This document shows, in pieces, positions 63,278-64,000 of a DNA stretch of 64,000 bases. Origin of the DNA: Takakia lepidozioides (lineage: Eukaryota; Plantae; Bryophyta); the NCBI GenBank assembly GCA_030704615.1, contig CM060734.1, positions 56,668,001-56,732,000 on the forward strand, in the 5' to 3' direction. The position numbers and the translations under genes were made by a program. Under the pieces are notes generated by a model. It ran no database searches. It was not told where the DNA came from and saw only the letters and a list, made by a program, of their open reading frames with translations. How positions within the stretch are numbered: the stretch's first letter is position 1; the number at the start of each line of letters is the position of its first letter.

Positions 63278-64000
63278 AACGAATTTGCTTAAAACTTTTT
63301 TTTCCAAAGGAAACCCTAGCCACAGCCATTGGGCCTTGAGGTGGGAAATTAACCCTCCTTCGGAATCATAGAAGCAATTTGCTCTCAAAACATAACAAAC
63401 AATTGCTCTCTTGCTTCTAGACTTTGAGAAAGCCTGTGACAGAGTTGAAAGGTCCTTTCTGATACCAAAGTAGGCCTTCTTCCTGGCTTTTGCAAATGTG
63501 TTCAAATCCTTCTCTGCAATTCTACAAACAAGGTCATAGTCATTGGCCATCTTTCCGTAGTTTTCTCTTCACGATCGCTCAGATAGGGTTGCTCCTTGGC
63601 CCATTATTACTCATTGTTGCGGATTCCCTTGGCTACATGCTACACACCATCCCCCATATCCATGGCCTTTAGGTCACCAACTATATTACCCAACAAAACA
63701 CAACCAAAGAGTCCATGTTTCTGTACGATACTATCCTAACATTGCAAGCCTCACAACTAGAAAACCTAGACAGAGTTGTTACAACCCTAAATAGCTTATG
63801 TTGTCCCTTCGACTTCAAAGTCAACTGGGGGGGAGACCTATGCCATTCTGACAAGGGACCACAATAAATCAACTCTGGGTTTAAACCCCATCAGGGCTTA
63901 AGATGGCTGAAACCAGGTCAACAACAACACTTTTAGGTTACACCAAAGTTTTACTCCAACCTTTGCTAAACTCAAAAACAAGTTAGCATTTTGAGGTTTC

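Noticed and set aside
18642-63363. Minus-strand bias of SINE copies
   Set aside because: Too few copies to distinguish from chance, and some related fragments lie on the plus strand.

Overview
Eukaryotic nuclear DNA from a land plant. It is probably a non-seed plant such as a hornwort or lycophyte; this is inferred from compact spliceosomal genes, several decayed PLS-class PPR copies and a Crinkler-like relic. The headline feature is at 1-7723: the 3' 7.7 kb of a Ty3/gypsy LTR retrotransposon with domain order gag - protease - DNMT3-like cytosine-5 DNA methyltransferase - RT - RNase H - integrase - PHD finger, followed by a PPT and a 3' LTR. The element therefore carries both a chromatin writer and a chromatin reader. 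This copy is dead: it has seven in-frame stops, all TAG, plus frameshifts. The rest of the window holds five apparently intact host genes (UBP6-like deubiquitinase, RGP/UAM mutase, A20/AN1 SAP, BASS5/6-like transporter, SGPP-like HAD phosphatase). It also holds pseudogenes (three PPR, MORN, SNF2/F-box, Crinkler kinase), a tRNA-derived SINE family, a fragment of an RLE-type non-LTR element, an L1-like relic, and several MITEs/foldbacks. All calls were made by eye from motifs, with no database searches.
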